Shown: positions 12,129 through 27,920, numbered from the stretch's first letter. The stretch is DNA of 64,000 bases from the human T2T-CHM13v2.0 reference genome, Homo sapiens (GCF_009914755.1 NC_060932.1); one strand, 5' to 3'. A program made the numbers and translations. The notes: generated by a model from the sequence alone, not told the origin.

Positions 12129-14320
12129 TGATACGGTTTGGCTCTGTGTCCCCACCCAAATCTCATTTTGAATTGTATTCCCATTAATTCCCATGTGTTG
12201 TTGAAGGGACCTGCTGGAAGATAATTTGAATCATGAGGGTGGTTTCCCCCATACTGTTCTCATGGTAGTGAATTAGTCTCACAAGATCTGATGGTTTTAT
12301 CAGGGGTTTCCGCTTTTGCATCTTCTTCATTTTCTCTTGCCAGTGCCGTGTAAAAATTGACCTTCACCTCCCACCATGATTCTGAGGCCTCCCCAACCAT
12401 GTGGAACTATAAGTCCAGTTAAACCTCTTTTTCTTCCCAGTCTTGGGTATGTCTTTATCAGCAGCGTGAAAATGGACTAATACAGTAAATTGTTACCAGG
12501 AGTGGGACATTGCTGAAAAGATACCCAAAAATGTGGAAGAGACTTTGGAACTGGGTAACAGGCAGAGGTTGGAATAGTTTGGAGGGCTCAGAAGAAGACA
12601 GGAAAATGTGGGAATGTTTGAAAGTTCCTGGAGACTTGTTGAATGGCTTTGCCCAAAATGCTAATAGCAATGTGAACAATAAGGTCCAGGCTGAGGTGTT
12701 CTCAGATGGAGATGAGGAACTTGTTGGGAACTGGAACAAAGGTGACTCTTGTTATGTTTTAGCCCAGAGAAAGGTGGCATTTTGCCCATGCCCTAGAAAT
12801 CTGAACTTCAGAGAGATGATTTAGGGTATATGGTGGAAGAAATTTCTCAGCAGCAAAGCATTCAAGAGGCAACTTGGGTGCTGTTAAAGGCATTCAGTTT
12901 TATAACGGAAGCAGAGCATAAAAGTTTGGAAATTTTGCATCCCGACTATACAGTAGAAAAGAAAAACCCACTTTCTGGGGAGAAATTCAAGCCAGCTGCA
13001 GAAATGTGCATAAGTAGCAAGGATCCTAATGTTAATCCCCAAGTTCATGGGGAAAATGTCTCCAGGCCATGTCAGAGACCTTCACAGCAGCCCCTCTCAT
13101 CACAGGCCCAGAGGAAAGAGTGGTTTTATGGGCCGGGCCCAGGTCCCCAAGCTGTGTGCAGCCTAGGTACTTGGTGCCCTGTGTCCCAGTCCCAAGCCTT
13201 GGCAGCTTCCACATGGCGTTGAGCCTATGGGTGCACAGAAGTCAAGAAATGAGGTTTGGGAACCTCCACCTAGATTTCAGAAGTTGTATGGAAATGCCTA
13301 GATGCCCAGGCAAAGGTTTGCTGCAGCGCTGACGGCCTCATGGAGAACCTCTGCTAGGGCAGTGCAGAAGGGAATTGTGGGGTTGGAACCCTCACACACA
13401 GTCCCTACTGGGGTACTGCCTAGTAGAGCTGTGAGAAAAGGGCCATTGTCCTCCAGACCCCGGAGTGGTAGATCCACTGATAGCTTGTACCATGTACCTG
13501 GAAAAGCTGCAAAGACTAAATAACAGCCTGTGAAAGCAGCAGGGAGGGAGGCTGTACCCTGCAAAGCCACAAGGGCGGAGCTGCCCCCCCAAGACCATGG
13601 GAACCCACCTCTTGCATCAGCGTGACCTGGATGTGTAACCTGAGTCAAAGGACATCATTTTGTAGCTGTAAAGTTTGACTGCACTGCTGGATTTCGGACT
13701 TGCATGGGCCCTGTAACCCCTTTGTTTTGGGCAATTTCTCCTATTTGGAACAGCTATATTTACCTAATACCTGTGCCCCCATTGAATCTAGGAAGTAACT
13801 AGCTTGCTTTTGATTTTACAGGCTCATAGGTGGAAGGGACTTGCATTGTCTCAGATAAGACTTTGGACTGTGGACTTTTGGGTTAATGTTTTGGGGACTG
13901 TTGGGAAGGCGTGATTGGTTTTGAAATTTAAGGACATGAGATTTGGAGAGTCCAGGGGCAGAATGATATGGTTTGGCTCTGTGTCCCTACCCAAATCTCA
14001 TTTCGAATTGTATTCCCATAATTCCCATGTGTTGTGAGACTGGACCCATTGGGAGGTAATTTGAATCATGGGGGGCAGTTTCCCGCATACTGTTCTCATG
14101 ATGGTGAATAAGTCTCATGAGATCCAATGGTTTTATCAGGGGTTTCTGCTTTTGCATCTTCCTCATTTTCTCTTGCTGCTGCCATGTAACAAGTGAGTTT
14201 TCCCTCCCACCATGATTCTGAGGCCTCCCCAGTCATGTGGAACTGTAAGTCCAATTAAACCTCTTTTTCTTTCCAGTCTTGAGTATGTCTTTATCAGCAG
14301 CATGAAAATGGACTAATACG
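12129..14320 (+). mobile_element. Complete THE1 (THE1A-like) MaLR provirus: 5' LTR 12129-12484, internal 12485-13963, 3' LTR 13964-14320
   Basis: Two homologous LTRs; purine tract before the 3' LTR; perfect 5-bp TSD aaact (12124-12128 / 14321-14325); ORFs 12510-12824 and 12830-13222 are pieces of the degenerate THE1-int ORF. Confidence 0.96.
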
Positions 14321-15379
14321 AAACTCTTCTCCTCTTCAAATGTGATGGTTTTCTAAATGAATGTTCACATGGGTAGAATTTCTAAAAATCATAAATTGAA
14401 CATGTGAATGTCTTTATCTGTGATTAAGCCCTTTTGTTTTGATTTGTAAAGCACATATGGATAATGTGCGTGTTTTACAGGTCTGAACATTAGAGACAGA
14501 ATGAAACATTTTTATGGATTTTTCTTTTGATAATACATTTTAGAAGCAGTCTCAGTATATGGTGAATTACAACTCATGTTGTAAAATCACCTTCATAATT
14601 CCTTATTACTATATTGTTCTTTTTCACATGGTACTATTGCAAACTTAATTTTCTACCTGTTTTGTAGAAAACAGCAATATATGAATTGTCTATATTTTCA
14701 TTAAAAACTAATTTCAGAATAGTACATTTTTCAAAGGTGTTTTATAAATGTTTGTGCATTGATTACCTATAAAAATGGAGAACTATTGTTTTTAAATTTC
14801 TGCCTACATTCGACTTAGCCCTGAATTACCAAATGCAATTATCTATCCATAATTATATGCCCAACAACCTTAACTGTTATGTGTAACATAAGACCTTGAC
14901 TCAAAGATAAAATTTTCATAGTTCCAGAAATAAAATATTACTTTTTTCTTTTATGACTAAAAACAAGAAAATGCCTTCTTAACTTTAGTCAACTTACTTA
15001 AATGTTCTTTAAAAACAAAAATGGTAAAATTTTGGTCAAGTAATATTAAGAATGTTGAGATCACTAATTGAACAGAATCTTAATAGCAACTATGTGATTC
15101 AGGTTAATCAGTAACATTTTTGAAAATCAATATGCTTGAAACCACACAGTTTTAAGAAGTGTGAGCTACTAAGTACATAGATTTTACAATATAATCAATA
15201 GCAGACAATGGAAAAAGGTGAACACCTCTTCTAGACAATCATAAAGGACATATACGAGGTGCCGTAATCCAGTTTTAAGTGTATAATCAAGGATTGACAA
15301 AATCTCAACATTTGCTTTAGGATTTCAGGTGTAGAAAAATGTGTTCATATTATTTTTACTCCCTCAAAACTTTTAATGT

Positions 15380-15632
15380 GGAATATGGTGGAAAGATAAC
15401 TAAAATAGAAATCAGGAGAAATAGATTATTGTCTTGGCTTTGTACTTATTAATCTGGGACCTTACGGCTAGTCTTTTACTTCACATTTCTATAAAATAAT
15501 GAGGCTCTCTTAGAACAGCTATAATTACTTTATATCATGCTTTTTAAAAGATACTGAGTTAAGTAAAATAACACATGTAAAGTGCATTACCACAAAGCCT
15601 AATATGCTATAGATAATCAATAGATGTTAGTA
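15380..15632 (+). mobile_element. MIR
   Basis: Degenerate core and 3' end (ataacacatgtaaagtgc...tcaatagatgttag). Confidence 0.6.
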
Positions 15633-15829
15633 TATTTCCCTTTAAAGACCCTTCTCATTCTAAAAATCTAAGATAAACTCTCATTTCTTCACAGGTTTTC
15701 ACTAAATAAAAATATACCAACAATTAAGAGTTGCTATCTTTACGATAGGATTATTGTTAATTTTTGTTTTCCAAATTTTCTACAATCTGCATATGTTAAG
15801 AAGTGGATTAAGTAATATTGATTGAACAC

Positions 15830-16270
15830 AGATACCATAAAGAACACATACTTCAAACTGGGGGGAGACATTTGCAAGATATATAGCTGACAAAGAATTA
15901 GTAACTGTGAGTGTGGGTGGGGAGTTGGGGGAGAGAGAGGTCACAAATAATCTAACCAAAAAAATGAGTAAAAGACTTGGACAAGTATATCATGGAAAAA
16001 GTTAACCAAAGAGTCAATAAGCATATGTCCATTCTCATTATTTACTCAGGAAAATTCAAATTAAATCTATGATCGATATTTTATACCACTATATTGGCAA
16101 AAATGTTTAAATCTGACAATGGAAAGTGTTGGGGAGAATATGAAGCCACTCGAATACTTTCATAGTGTACTCATGCGACTATACATTGATTCAACAATAA
16201 TGGTAAAGTTTCATTTTCTAGTACATTTGGACATACACATAGCCTGTGATCCAGCAAGTGTACTCATAAG
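15830..16270 (+). mobile_element. Ancient L1ME-like ORF2/3' fragment, apparently resuming at ~18874
   Basis: acatttgcaagatatatagctgacaaagaattag...tctgacaat...tgatccagcaag. Confidence 0.7.
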
Positions 16271-17226
16271 TCAACATAAGTAATACTAGTTATAGCAAAC
16301 AACACTCAAACCTCAGTGTCTTACTGCAACAAAGTTTCATTTCGTACTCATATCACATACTGATGTGGCAAGAGTTCTACCCCCACAGTTACTCAATCTA
16401 GTGGTTCTTCTGAGTCTTGAGTCTTCTCCTGGATTACCTTCACCCAGTCAGGAGACAAGGGTAGAGAATAAATGAGGAGTAGGGGATTTTATACAATAGA
16501 CCTGGAAGTGGTTATACGTCACCTCCTTAAAGATTCTATCAGCCTAAACTCAGTCAAATGGCTTGACCTAACTGTAGGGGATGCTGGATAAGGTAGTGGA
16601 GTTTTGTAGAGAGAAGGGAAAGGAGAATATGGATACTGATGAGCTTTAGCAATCTCTGTCACAGTTGTTCCTTTTGGTCACCAAATATCTCCTTGCTTCC
16701 TTATTAACCACAAATAGAAGGCAGCACTCTCTTCCCAAGGGAGACCAACTCATCTAAACACTTTATCCAGCTCAGTGTCTAGGATCTCTGGCTTACCTGC
16801 GATCTTCTCCAGATATGGTCCTCAGAGTCCAGCCGCCTAGAAATTAAAAAGACAATCAACTTTCTCCAAAACTCCCACATATAAATGTGCAACAATGACA
16901 AGATAGCAGTAAGAAATCATGCCTGTTAAGAAAGATGAAGAACTGGAGACACCCCATATTCATTGACCTAGAGCAATTAGGAAGAACCCTTAAGAGATAC
17001 TGCACAGATCCCTTTCCCGAGAGTAGAGTGTTCCTCGATTTGACCCTGATGTTACGAGGAAGAATGCTGTTTTACCATCCAATGTTGTTTTACCTCCATG
17101 CTCTAGAACATTATTTCGTGTTAACCATCCTCCTTGGCCACATCTGAAATGAGTGTTGGAGAGTAGGCTTTGCTCAGAGTCTGGAAAACTTTTGCAAGCC
17201 ATTCCCTGCTGAAGTTAGCTTGCAAG

Positions 17227-17619
17227 TATGTTAGTTCACTAGGGCTGCCATAAAAAGACACCACAGACCGTGTGGCTTAAACAACAGAAATTGATGTTCT
17301 CACAGTTCTGGAGCTAGAAATCCAGGATCAAGGTGCTGGCAGGTTTGGTTTCTTACTGGACCTGCAGGTGGCTGCCTTCTCACTGTGTCACTGACCTTTC
17401 CTCTATGTGTGCACCTCCCTGATATCTCTTTGCATGTCCAGATTTCCTCTTCTTACAAGCACTCTAGTCGGATTGAATTGGCCCTGAATGAAAGGCCTCA
17501 TTTTGACCTAACTGCATCTTCTAAGTCCCTATCTCCATATACAGTCTCATTATGCATTACTGGGGTTCGATTTCAACATGTGAATTTGGGGAATGGGGGG
17601 TACAATACTGCCCACATCA
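17227..17619 (-). mobile_element. MLT1B/C-like solo LTR
   Basis: agggctgccata...ggcttaaacaacagaaatt...ctcacagttctggag...atcaaggtg. Confidence 0.85.
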
Positions 17620-18123
17620 GGAGTCCAGAGGTTGTTTAGCAGTTGGAATATCCAATATTAAAGTTAGTTTCTTTGGCAGTGAAATTCCCTCAAGATAGGA
17701 GGAGGCATGTGATCTACTTGTTTTTGTTTAATTTCATGTGTCAGCGACCACACCCAAATTTCTTTCCTAGAATTCTTAGACATGCTTTATTTCTTTGCTT
17801 ACTATTCGATGCCTCCTTTGCTAAAGTAATGGGTGACTATGTGATGACACGGGACAGGAGGCTTGGGAGGCAGACATTCATCTCCATTTTTCCCCAAGTC
17901 TAACTGACTTCTATTAAACAGATTTTTTACTGTCCCTTTGCCTTGCACAGCTTCTTAGACATTTTCTCTCTTACCTATGGGTTCTAGAAGAATTGACAAC
18001 TCCACCTTTGTGGTGTCGTAAGTTTCTAGACTGGCTCTATTGCCATTGTTCTCCCTTTTAAATATTGTTCTTATAATAACTTTTATTTTATACTTTTAAA
18101 TTTTACTATAATACCTACAATAA

Positions 18124-18627
<504 letters not shown>

Positions 18628-19893
18628 TGACTGCTGAGCCAATACCACATGTGAGGTCTTTCTGCTTAGGAGATAAGGAAAGAGAATGAGTATGGGATTT
18701 CTGGAAATAAGCCTGGAAGTGGCATACATCACTTCTCTTCACATTGCCTTGACCAAAAGGCAATCACGCAGCCCCATCTAGTTGCAAAGGAGGCTTAGAA
18801 ATGCAGTATTGGTGTGTGGCTGGAAAGGAGAGGAGAACCTGGACTTGGGTGAGCACAGGCATTCTCTAAGACAAGACCTTAGAGAAGCTTTTGCTTATTT
18901 GTTGGTTGTAGTCAAGACAAAACAAAACAAAAAGCCAAAAAAAAACTCAAGAATACATTAACACAAGAATGGATACATACATATATACACACATACATAG
19001 AGTCATATTATATATACTTAAGCACAAAATCATGCAAAACTAAATAAAATATTAATATGGTTAATATTTATGTAAGCATATGTTGTAAAATTATCAAAAA
19101 ATTCAGAGGGTTAGAAGATTTATGTGGTGGGCACATTTCTTCATACCATCTCATGGAATCAGTTATTTAAAACTGGGAAGAGACCATTAAGATAGGGTAG
19201 GTTAATCCTCCTTTTACAAGAAAAAAAAAGATGTGTACATAAATAGAACTGTCTAAAGAAGATTGTGCCAGATGCAAAATTAGAACCTCTCCAAGGATAG
19301 GATAAGAAGTATTACAATGGGACATTGTCTCAAAAGATACCAATATACTTATGTGATGGCAACAAAAATAAGAGAAATTGTGGAATTAATGAGCTTACTA
19401 TTATTATAAAATGATTATTTTTCACATGTAAGAAATGTGCCTATATTCTCTACAAATAAAATAAGTCTTTCTCTTTTTTGCCATTCCATGTTGCACCTAT
19501 AGCTTATTTAGAAGACTCCTTATTTATTTTCAGTTTTCATCACTTTCTTGCTCCAACTACAAAGTGAATATTATTAAATTTTAGTACTATTAATAGCTCA
19601 TCATTGGCAGATTTTTCTAGTCAATTTTTAAGGAAGTAACAGCAATTTTTTTTCTGTTACGGAACAAATACTGTTACAAAATATGGCATAAGCACAACCT
19701 TTTTATCCATACTGGAATTTCCTCTTCTAAGCTCTGATAGTAGCATTTTATGTGTCCTCATCTCTCTGCCAGGGTTTTATACTGGTGCCCCCTTGTCTAG
19801 TGCAACACCTCACACAGAGTAAAAGTTACATAATTATTTTTGGAATAAGGGAATTTTTACAGATGTACAATCTCTCCCTCTCTCCCCCATCCC

Positions 19894-19895
<2 letters not shown>

Positions 19896-19932
<37 letters not shown>
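19896..19932. repeat. (CA)18 microsatellite
   Basis: Read directly. Confidence 0.95.
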
Positions 19933-19935
<3 letters not shown>

Positions 19936-20394
19936 GTTACAATGGCCGATAGTCAACTTAAAGTCCTTATGGTTTACTTTTCTGTGTTTGACTTCGGGTA
20001 TATAGATGTAAGTCAGACATCTTTTGATGACAAATATGAGAAAACCTAGATATTTATTATATTATTCAGTTTTTTGTATTATTACTATGACAATGTGATA
20101 TTAGTCGGGGTTGGGGGGCTTCATTTCACAAATTATGCTTAAAAACTTAAAAACACACCTTGTCACAGCTTGGTCAAATCACACAGCGCCTAATGGGATT
20201 GGCATGGAAAGGGCAGAGCAATTGCAAAAGTTTCTAGTTTCAAATACTCTTCTCTAAGACAGGAAGGGGGAATGAGGGAAGTTGTTCCATGAATGTCGGA
20301 CTACCAACAGCATCAGTAAAAGCTTATCATGAGAACAGCTGACCAGAAAGGACCCTGAGGCTAAGCCAGTGAAGGCAAGGCAAAAATTCTGAGT

Positions 20395-20590
20395 GGAAGT
20401 ATGGTGCACGGAACAGAGACATGGCCTCTAGATTCCAGATCCCCCATTATGAACTCTGGACTTGAGGGGAGTTACTTCACTTTCTGTGGCACAATTTTCT
20501 AATCTGTAAATTGAGGCTTTTGTGAAAATTAATAAATTCCAAGTACTTAGAACAATCATGGGCACCTGGTAAGCAATGGAAAACGTAAGC
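20395..20590 (+). mobile_element. MIR
   Basis: agttacttcactttctgtggcacaattttctaatctgtaaa core. Confidence 0.65.
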
Positions 20591-21864
20591 CTTTATCAAC
20601 CTGATAATAAAGTATTTTGTCATCAACCTGATAATAAAATAAAGGTTTTTACTATCATCATTATTATTGCTTACCCAGGCACCACAGGCCCAGGAGTCAG
20701 CGGTAAATCCAGAGACTGGGAGTCAATGCGGTCAGTTGATTATCTGACTCCTAATGGAACTGAGATGAATGGTCAGCAGAGGATAAGATACACATGTGGA
20801 GAAGGGATGGTCATTGGACAGGAGATTTAAGTGAATAAGGAAGGTTTTAATTGTTGCTGTGACCTTTTGTCTTTCTGATTTGACGCCTTCTCATTGGGGT
20901 GGGAAAGGTGCCTTAAGGGTTTATCGCTTAGAGGGATATTATTCAAATGGACTTGCATTTTCTTGCTGTCACTGTCATTGGGCTTTCTAATATGCAAACA
21001 TATATTTTTTGTTGATGCATCTCTCTGTTGGCCGAACCAATATCCCCTTCCAATATCTGGATAATTTTATGGAGTTACTGAGAAAAATTCTATTTTGTTT
21101 ACTTTGCTTTTCAGAGATTAAACGCTTTTAAGGTGAAATTATATTTCCTTTTTTAAGTTTTAATAACAGTGAGAAAACTTGGATTTTCTCTAGTGGAACA
21201 ATTGAAAAAGACACTGTTTATGGTATACTCGCAATTCATTAAATGGGAACCCAGAGGATCATATGTACCATGATGTAGTCATAATTTTAGGTAATTCCTA
21301 TTCATTAAATGTATCAATAGTAATATTTTAAAAGGATAATTTTAAAAGTAAAGTAAAATCCAGATTTATTTCATTTCCTTGGTTAGCTACATGACTACCA
21401 CTTATTCTCGCATGAGTAACCAGTGTTGTTTCTTCGTGCTAATAGTAAATAACTTATACCAGAATGAGAACTTTCATTTTTTAGAGCAAAGTTTGAAAAG
21501 TTGTTCAAAATGAAAATTTTATCATGTTAGTTTTAAAAATAAGAATAAGAAGCATATTTAGGAAGGAGTAAATATTATTAAATTTATTTAATACACACGT
21601 AATATTATAATCATATTATGAAAAGGCAAAACTGTGAATATAAAGGATTTGGTATTACTGTTTTATTCACAGAGGGATAGCTTAAGTGTAGTGATATATT
21701 CCAGTGAAAATAACCAAACTCCTAATATTCTATAGCAATATAACTTTAACAACTGCTATTATTGGTTTAATTTGCATAACTTTGTATCCGATTTCAGCTT
21801 TTCATGTAATGTGTTCTTATTTAGACAGGCTAATCAGACTTTCTTACTTAAAGACAAACATAAA

Positions 21865-22580
<716 letters not shown>

Positions 22581-24099
22581 AAAACGCATGAGTCCTATCA
22601 TTTTTGTTATCATTTTAGCAGTGGTAGTAGTCATATTAAAAGATGGATAAGAACTTAAGAGTAGTAGAGAAAAAAAAAAGGAGGATTTAAGGTCTGTGAA
22701 TATGAAGCCCTTGTTTTCCTGGTTATCCCACTGGGGGCTAAAATGAGGATCTAAAGATCAGCTATCACACAGTAATTCTCTGCATCTGCTTTTTGAATAC
22801 CTTCAATCCTTCACCTCATTTCCTCCTGTAATGTTTTTGGGAATGCCACAGAGATGTCTGTGGTCTCCACAGATGAGTTTGCAGATAATTACGTGGGATT
22901 GGTCTTGTCTCCCTCTGCAGCACCCCTGGGGTGTCTGTTGTGTGTGTCGAGAGCTATGCTTCCAGAGCCCTCTGACCAGATCACCACTGAGCATCCCCCA
23001 AGGTGCCTCCACGGTTCACAAGCCCTGCCAATGTCAAGGCCACTCCTGCCAAGCCTACTGATGTCTGCACTGAGGCTGCAGAGCCCACAGTCAAGAGTGC
23101 TGATGCATCCAGGACACAGCCCAAAGTCACAGAGGGATAGAACTGTGCCAGAGACTGGCTCTGAATTTGGCCCGACTTCCAACAGATATCTGGATTCCCC
23201 AAACATTGACTGAGTGACTCCTACGTGTGAGGCATTTTCCTCGACTTTTTTCCTTCTTCACTATAGCATGCTAGAGTGGTGATTTTTGTTGTACTTCATA
23301 ATTACCAATAGACTGGTGAGTAGAAGGTGATCTATTAGATGGTTTTTAACGCATAAAATGTGATAATCTTTTCTTTACTTAAAGGCAATAAAAATATAAT
23401 TGTGTTTCTGTAAGGTAATTGCAAAAGAAAACAATTTTAGGAATGATCATATTAAAAACAAATAAAAAGAATTCTCAAGGAGGGAAAAATTAGAAAAAAG
23501 CTATAGATATGTATTTTTAATTTTTTATTTATTGATTCAACTTCAGGGAAATAAATACAACCCTCTGTAAATAATCCTCTTGCCCAGCAGATATTGTCTT
23601 AATAAGTAAAATGCAAGAGTCAGTAGTCAAGAAGAGATTTGCATCATTGGTTTATAAATCTGCTTTTAGTCCAACTCTTCTTTTATGGGCCTCAGTGGCA
23701 CTTCTTAGTTCAATTTAAACAGTAAACCCTTTACCATTGCTACAGTAATTGAAAATCGCATAATGAGTTTTACTAATGCATTTCTGCATTTTTGGCCAAC
23801 AACAACCCTTCTATTTCAGTACTCTGCTTCTTAACCCCATCTACGAATTCATTTACCTCCACAACCATTATTACTTTCTTTCCTCCTATGGCAGAGAATC
23901 AGTTATTTCTTTTGCTGTCTGGGGTTAATTAATCTCTATACCTGTGTTCTGGTTTATTTTCCTTTTTCAAGCAGAATTTTCTGACTCTTTTATATTTTCA
24001 AGATCTTTCTGTTATAGGTTATACAAAGATATCGAGTCTTTGTACCTTTGAACATATAAAAATTTTTAAATCCTGTGATTCCTCTGTGTCCTACTTCCC

Positions 24100-26600
24100 T
24101 TCCCAGTCAAGCAGTTAGAAATAATTTTGTAAATTCCCTTCGTCCAATTGCTCATTTTCCTTTCTCTCTGCAATCCCTTATAATGTATGCTCCAGAAGGA
24201 GAGCAGACAACAATAATGAAATGAGTCTCAAATCCACTGGCTACTTTTTGGCTTTTACTTAATATTTCTGCACCTTTTAATTGAATCAATCTCTCTCCCT
24301 CATCTCTTCTCTCCTCTCCCCTCCCCTCCCCTCCCTTCCCCTCCCCTCGCCTCTCTCCCCCTCTCTCCCTCTCTCCTCTCTCTCTCTCTCCCTCTCTCTG
24401 TCTCTCCCTGCACTGGCTCTCCTATTTCATCTGCCTTCTCAGTCTAGACAATCCTTCTCATTACCTTTGTAGATTCATCTACTTCTGTCCTTCCCTTAAA
24501 AGTTGATCCATCCAAGTCAACACCACAACCTTCTTCTAAAATGCAAATCAAATGCAACTCTTTCTTTTAAAGTTGTTTCCCATTGCCTACAAAGCTTACT
24601 TTTTTAGCTTTACATTGTACTCTATAAATCCAACTCTCCACTCTCTATCAGACCTATAATCATTTTTCCAATATGCCAGAACTTTTCATGCCTCAGAGCT
24701 TGTGCATATGTTATTTCCACTGCCTGAGATATTTCTGCGATAGGCCTAGCATATTTGCTTTTGGTCAGCAACTAGTCATTAAGCATCTATAATACGCATG
24801 AAAATATGCTGGGTACCAAAAACGCAAGGAGGATGACCATGTGTCCTACTTTTAGTACAAGCCATCTCACAGCCTTAGCAAGGCACATGTTTTATGTGCT
24901 ATCATACCTGACTTTATTAGCCATTCTTTTAAAACTTTTTGATGGTTTCCCATTATGTTCCACTTCTAATAGCTTTCACAAGACTGTCATAAACCACATA
25001 ACTTCCTCTGCCCTTTCTGCTTTTGCAGGTTTTCATTCCACACCTGTCTCTAATACATGTTCAAAAAAGTCAAGAAATATGCTTTCTTCACCCTATAAGT
25101 CCATACATTGACAGCTCATGAAAGCGTATCCTTTCTATAGTCTTCTAAAGTTAAAGAAGAACTATATGATCCTGCAATATAGCAAAAAGTACATGAAATT
25201 TTCAGGACTGAACTTTCTGAACTGCAACCAATTATATATTTATTACTCACAACTTTTGTTCCCCAAACCATAGGCACACATACATTCCAAATACACCTAT
25301 TTCTAAAGAGGGATATATACACTAAAAATGGTTATTTTTACATAATTTCTGGTCTTATGTCTTTGTTGTGTGTAACACAATGTGACAAAGATTGATAGTG
25401 CAATCTTTGTCACTATCACCTGCTCCTTTCTTTAACTTTTCTTCTTCTTTGACATTTGATTTTCCTCTTACCTTTCCAAACTCACCTTCTCACTCTCCTT
25501 TGTAGGTCTTACTTCACCAGCCTTTGAAATTGCTGTTACTGGTGTTCTTTCTCTGCATATCTAGGTCCCCTTTGCATTACCCCTCTCTGAAAATGTCATC
25601 GAAAGCATAACTTCAATTATTACCCAAATAGTAATGAAACCTATATTTTTATTTGCACATCAGATCTTTCTCTCATGCTCCGAATTTATATAATCTTATT
25701 TAGCATCCACCCTTGAACACACCACGAGTACCTTATATACAACATAGACAGAAATATATCTACATATTCATCTTCGAAATTTGTATATTTCCCTGCATTC
25801 CTAATCTCATTTTAGAAGTAATCATTGTTATATGTTTCTCCTTCATGTTCCACCATCCAATTAATTTGCCAATACTTTTTAATTTTTTTTTCTAGGCACA
25901 TTTCTCCACGTTTTATCCTTGAACCATTTTCTTGCTCAGAACCCTCCAATCTGATTTCTTTTCTACTACCAGAATTATGTATTCACAGCTCTGCTTATTA
26001 AGTCCAAAATCTATAACTTATTGAGAATTGCTTTCCCTAGCAGAGGGCCTGGGACATAGAATTAGTACAGTATAAAGGCTTGGTCGTTCATTCATTCAGC
26101 AACAATGCAATGAGCAGCTACTATTTTCTAGGCACTAGCTGCTCTGGATATATCGGTATCAGGGAGCTGAAGTTTACATTCTAGCAGGGGTCAACAAAGA
26201 ATAAATAATAAGGAAAATAAGTTAGTAAATTACTAGCATGTTAGAAAATGATACATGACACAGAAATAAGAAAAGGAAGCTCAGATGAATGGGGATGAGG
26301 AAAACCAGGGGTGGGCAAGTTGGAAATTAAATAAGGTTGTCAAGGTAGCCCTATGCAGATAGAATTTAGTAAAAACTTTAAGGCGATGAGGGAGTTACAC
26401 ATGCATTTAATAAGAGTAAAAAAGATTGAGGCAGGAGAAACAACTGACATAAATGTCCTAAAATAAAAGCATACATAGTGTGTTCAAGAAACAGTAAGAA
26501 AGCCATGGCTGGAAGGGAGTTAAAAGAGATTGAGATGTAGGAGGTGAGATCAGAGCTTATAAGCATTTCATATCATTGTGAGGCTCTTACTCTAGGCAAA
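24100..26600. mobile_element. Cluster of degraded L2 fragments (+ at ~24100-24730 and ~25400-25990; - at ~26085-26600)
   Basis: L2 motifs such as ttcattcattcagcaa...ctaggcact, tgttcaagaaacagtaagaaagcca, tgcctcagagcttgtgcatatg; boundaries approximate. Confidence 0.6.
24290..24410. repeat. Polypyrimidine (CT/CCCT)n low-complexity tract
   Basis: About 120 nt almost purely C/T. Confidence 0.9.
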
Positions 26601-27589
26601 ATTGTTGAATAAAAGCAGAAAAAGCTAATTGAAAATGAAGTACACTGGAAATACTAAAATCAACTGAGGTGAGAGAGAAGGGACATGATGGCTTCATGAA
26701 CTGTCAGTTAACTCAGTGTGTCTAGTAAAATATCCTCATTTTAAAGTATGATTAGATATTTAATGTTGGATTCCTTTAATATGTCTTCTGAATTTGGATG
26801 AGTCAAATAAGTCAACAGTCTTTGACTGCACCATTTTGGAAGCTGATCTTGGATGTGTTTCTGACACTGCAGCATTCTGACCACTGTTGTTCTAGCTTCC
26901 TTGAGCAACGGGCTATGAAAATGTTCCTACTGGTCTAGAAAGGAAAAGCAACACCAAACACTGATTAAGCTCTATGAAGTCCTGCAAAGAAACCACAATT
27001 TTAAAATTGCTGTTATAAATGAGTGTGAATGAAAAAGGTAGACTCTTAAAATGGTGAAGCAAACATTCACGATTCATGATTAATTAGTAAGAAATGGCAC
27101 TTTATTTTGAAAACTACCTTTGAAGCCTAATTTTCCTGCATCTCTGGTTTAGAGAACTTTGATATTGATGGAAAGCTTCAAGTTTGAGGGTGGAGGGAGT
27201 TGTAAGCCCTTTACAATCCCATTAGTGACCTGGTGCACAGGCAAAACATCTTGTTTGGAGAAAATGGCTTCATCTTGATGCCTTGCAAAGCTTTAGGTTA
27301 CCTCCTCTGCCATAGGCAGGCGTCCAACAAGGTAGTTACATAAGAAGAAGATATATCAACTGATTAAGAGAGCCTACTGTCTGTGTTCCACTTTCTAATA
27401 CGTATGCAACCTAAAATTTAATCTGATCTCTCTCCCAGTATAACTGTAGGTATTATTTTGCCAAAGCTAAAATCACATTAGATAAATGAATTTTCTTTCA
27501 TATATCATTTTCAATCATTGTTATCTACATGTATAAAAAGTAAATCCAGGGATGTATAGTTTTGGCAACATGTCAAGAGTATGGAAGAC

Positions 27590-27920
<331 letters not shown>

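Noticed and set aside
12221-14068. DUX4 sites in the THE1 LTRs
   Set aside because: Both read TAATTTGAATCA, one base longer than the 11-bp motif; the copies at ~6430 and ~32425 are degenerate
22803-23213. Five overlapping ORFs in a moderately GC-rich unique patch
   Set aside because: No recognisable protein similarity, no clear splice frame and no poly-A/TSD of a retrocopy
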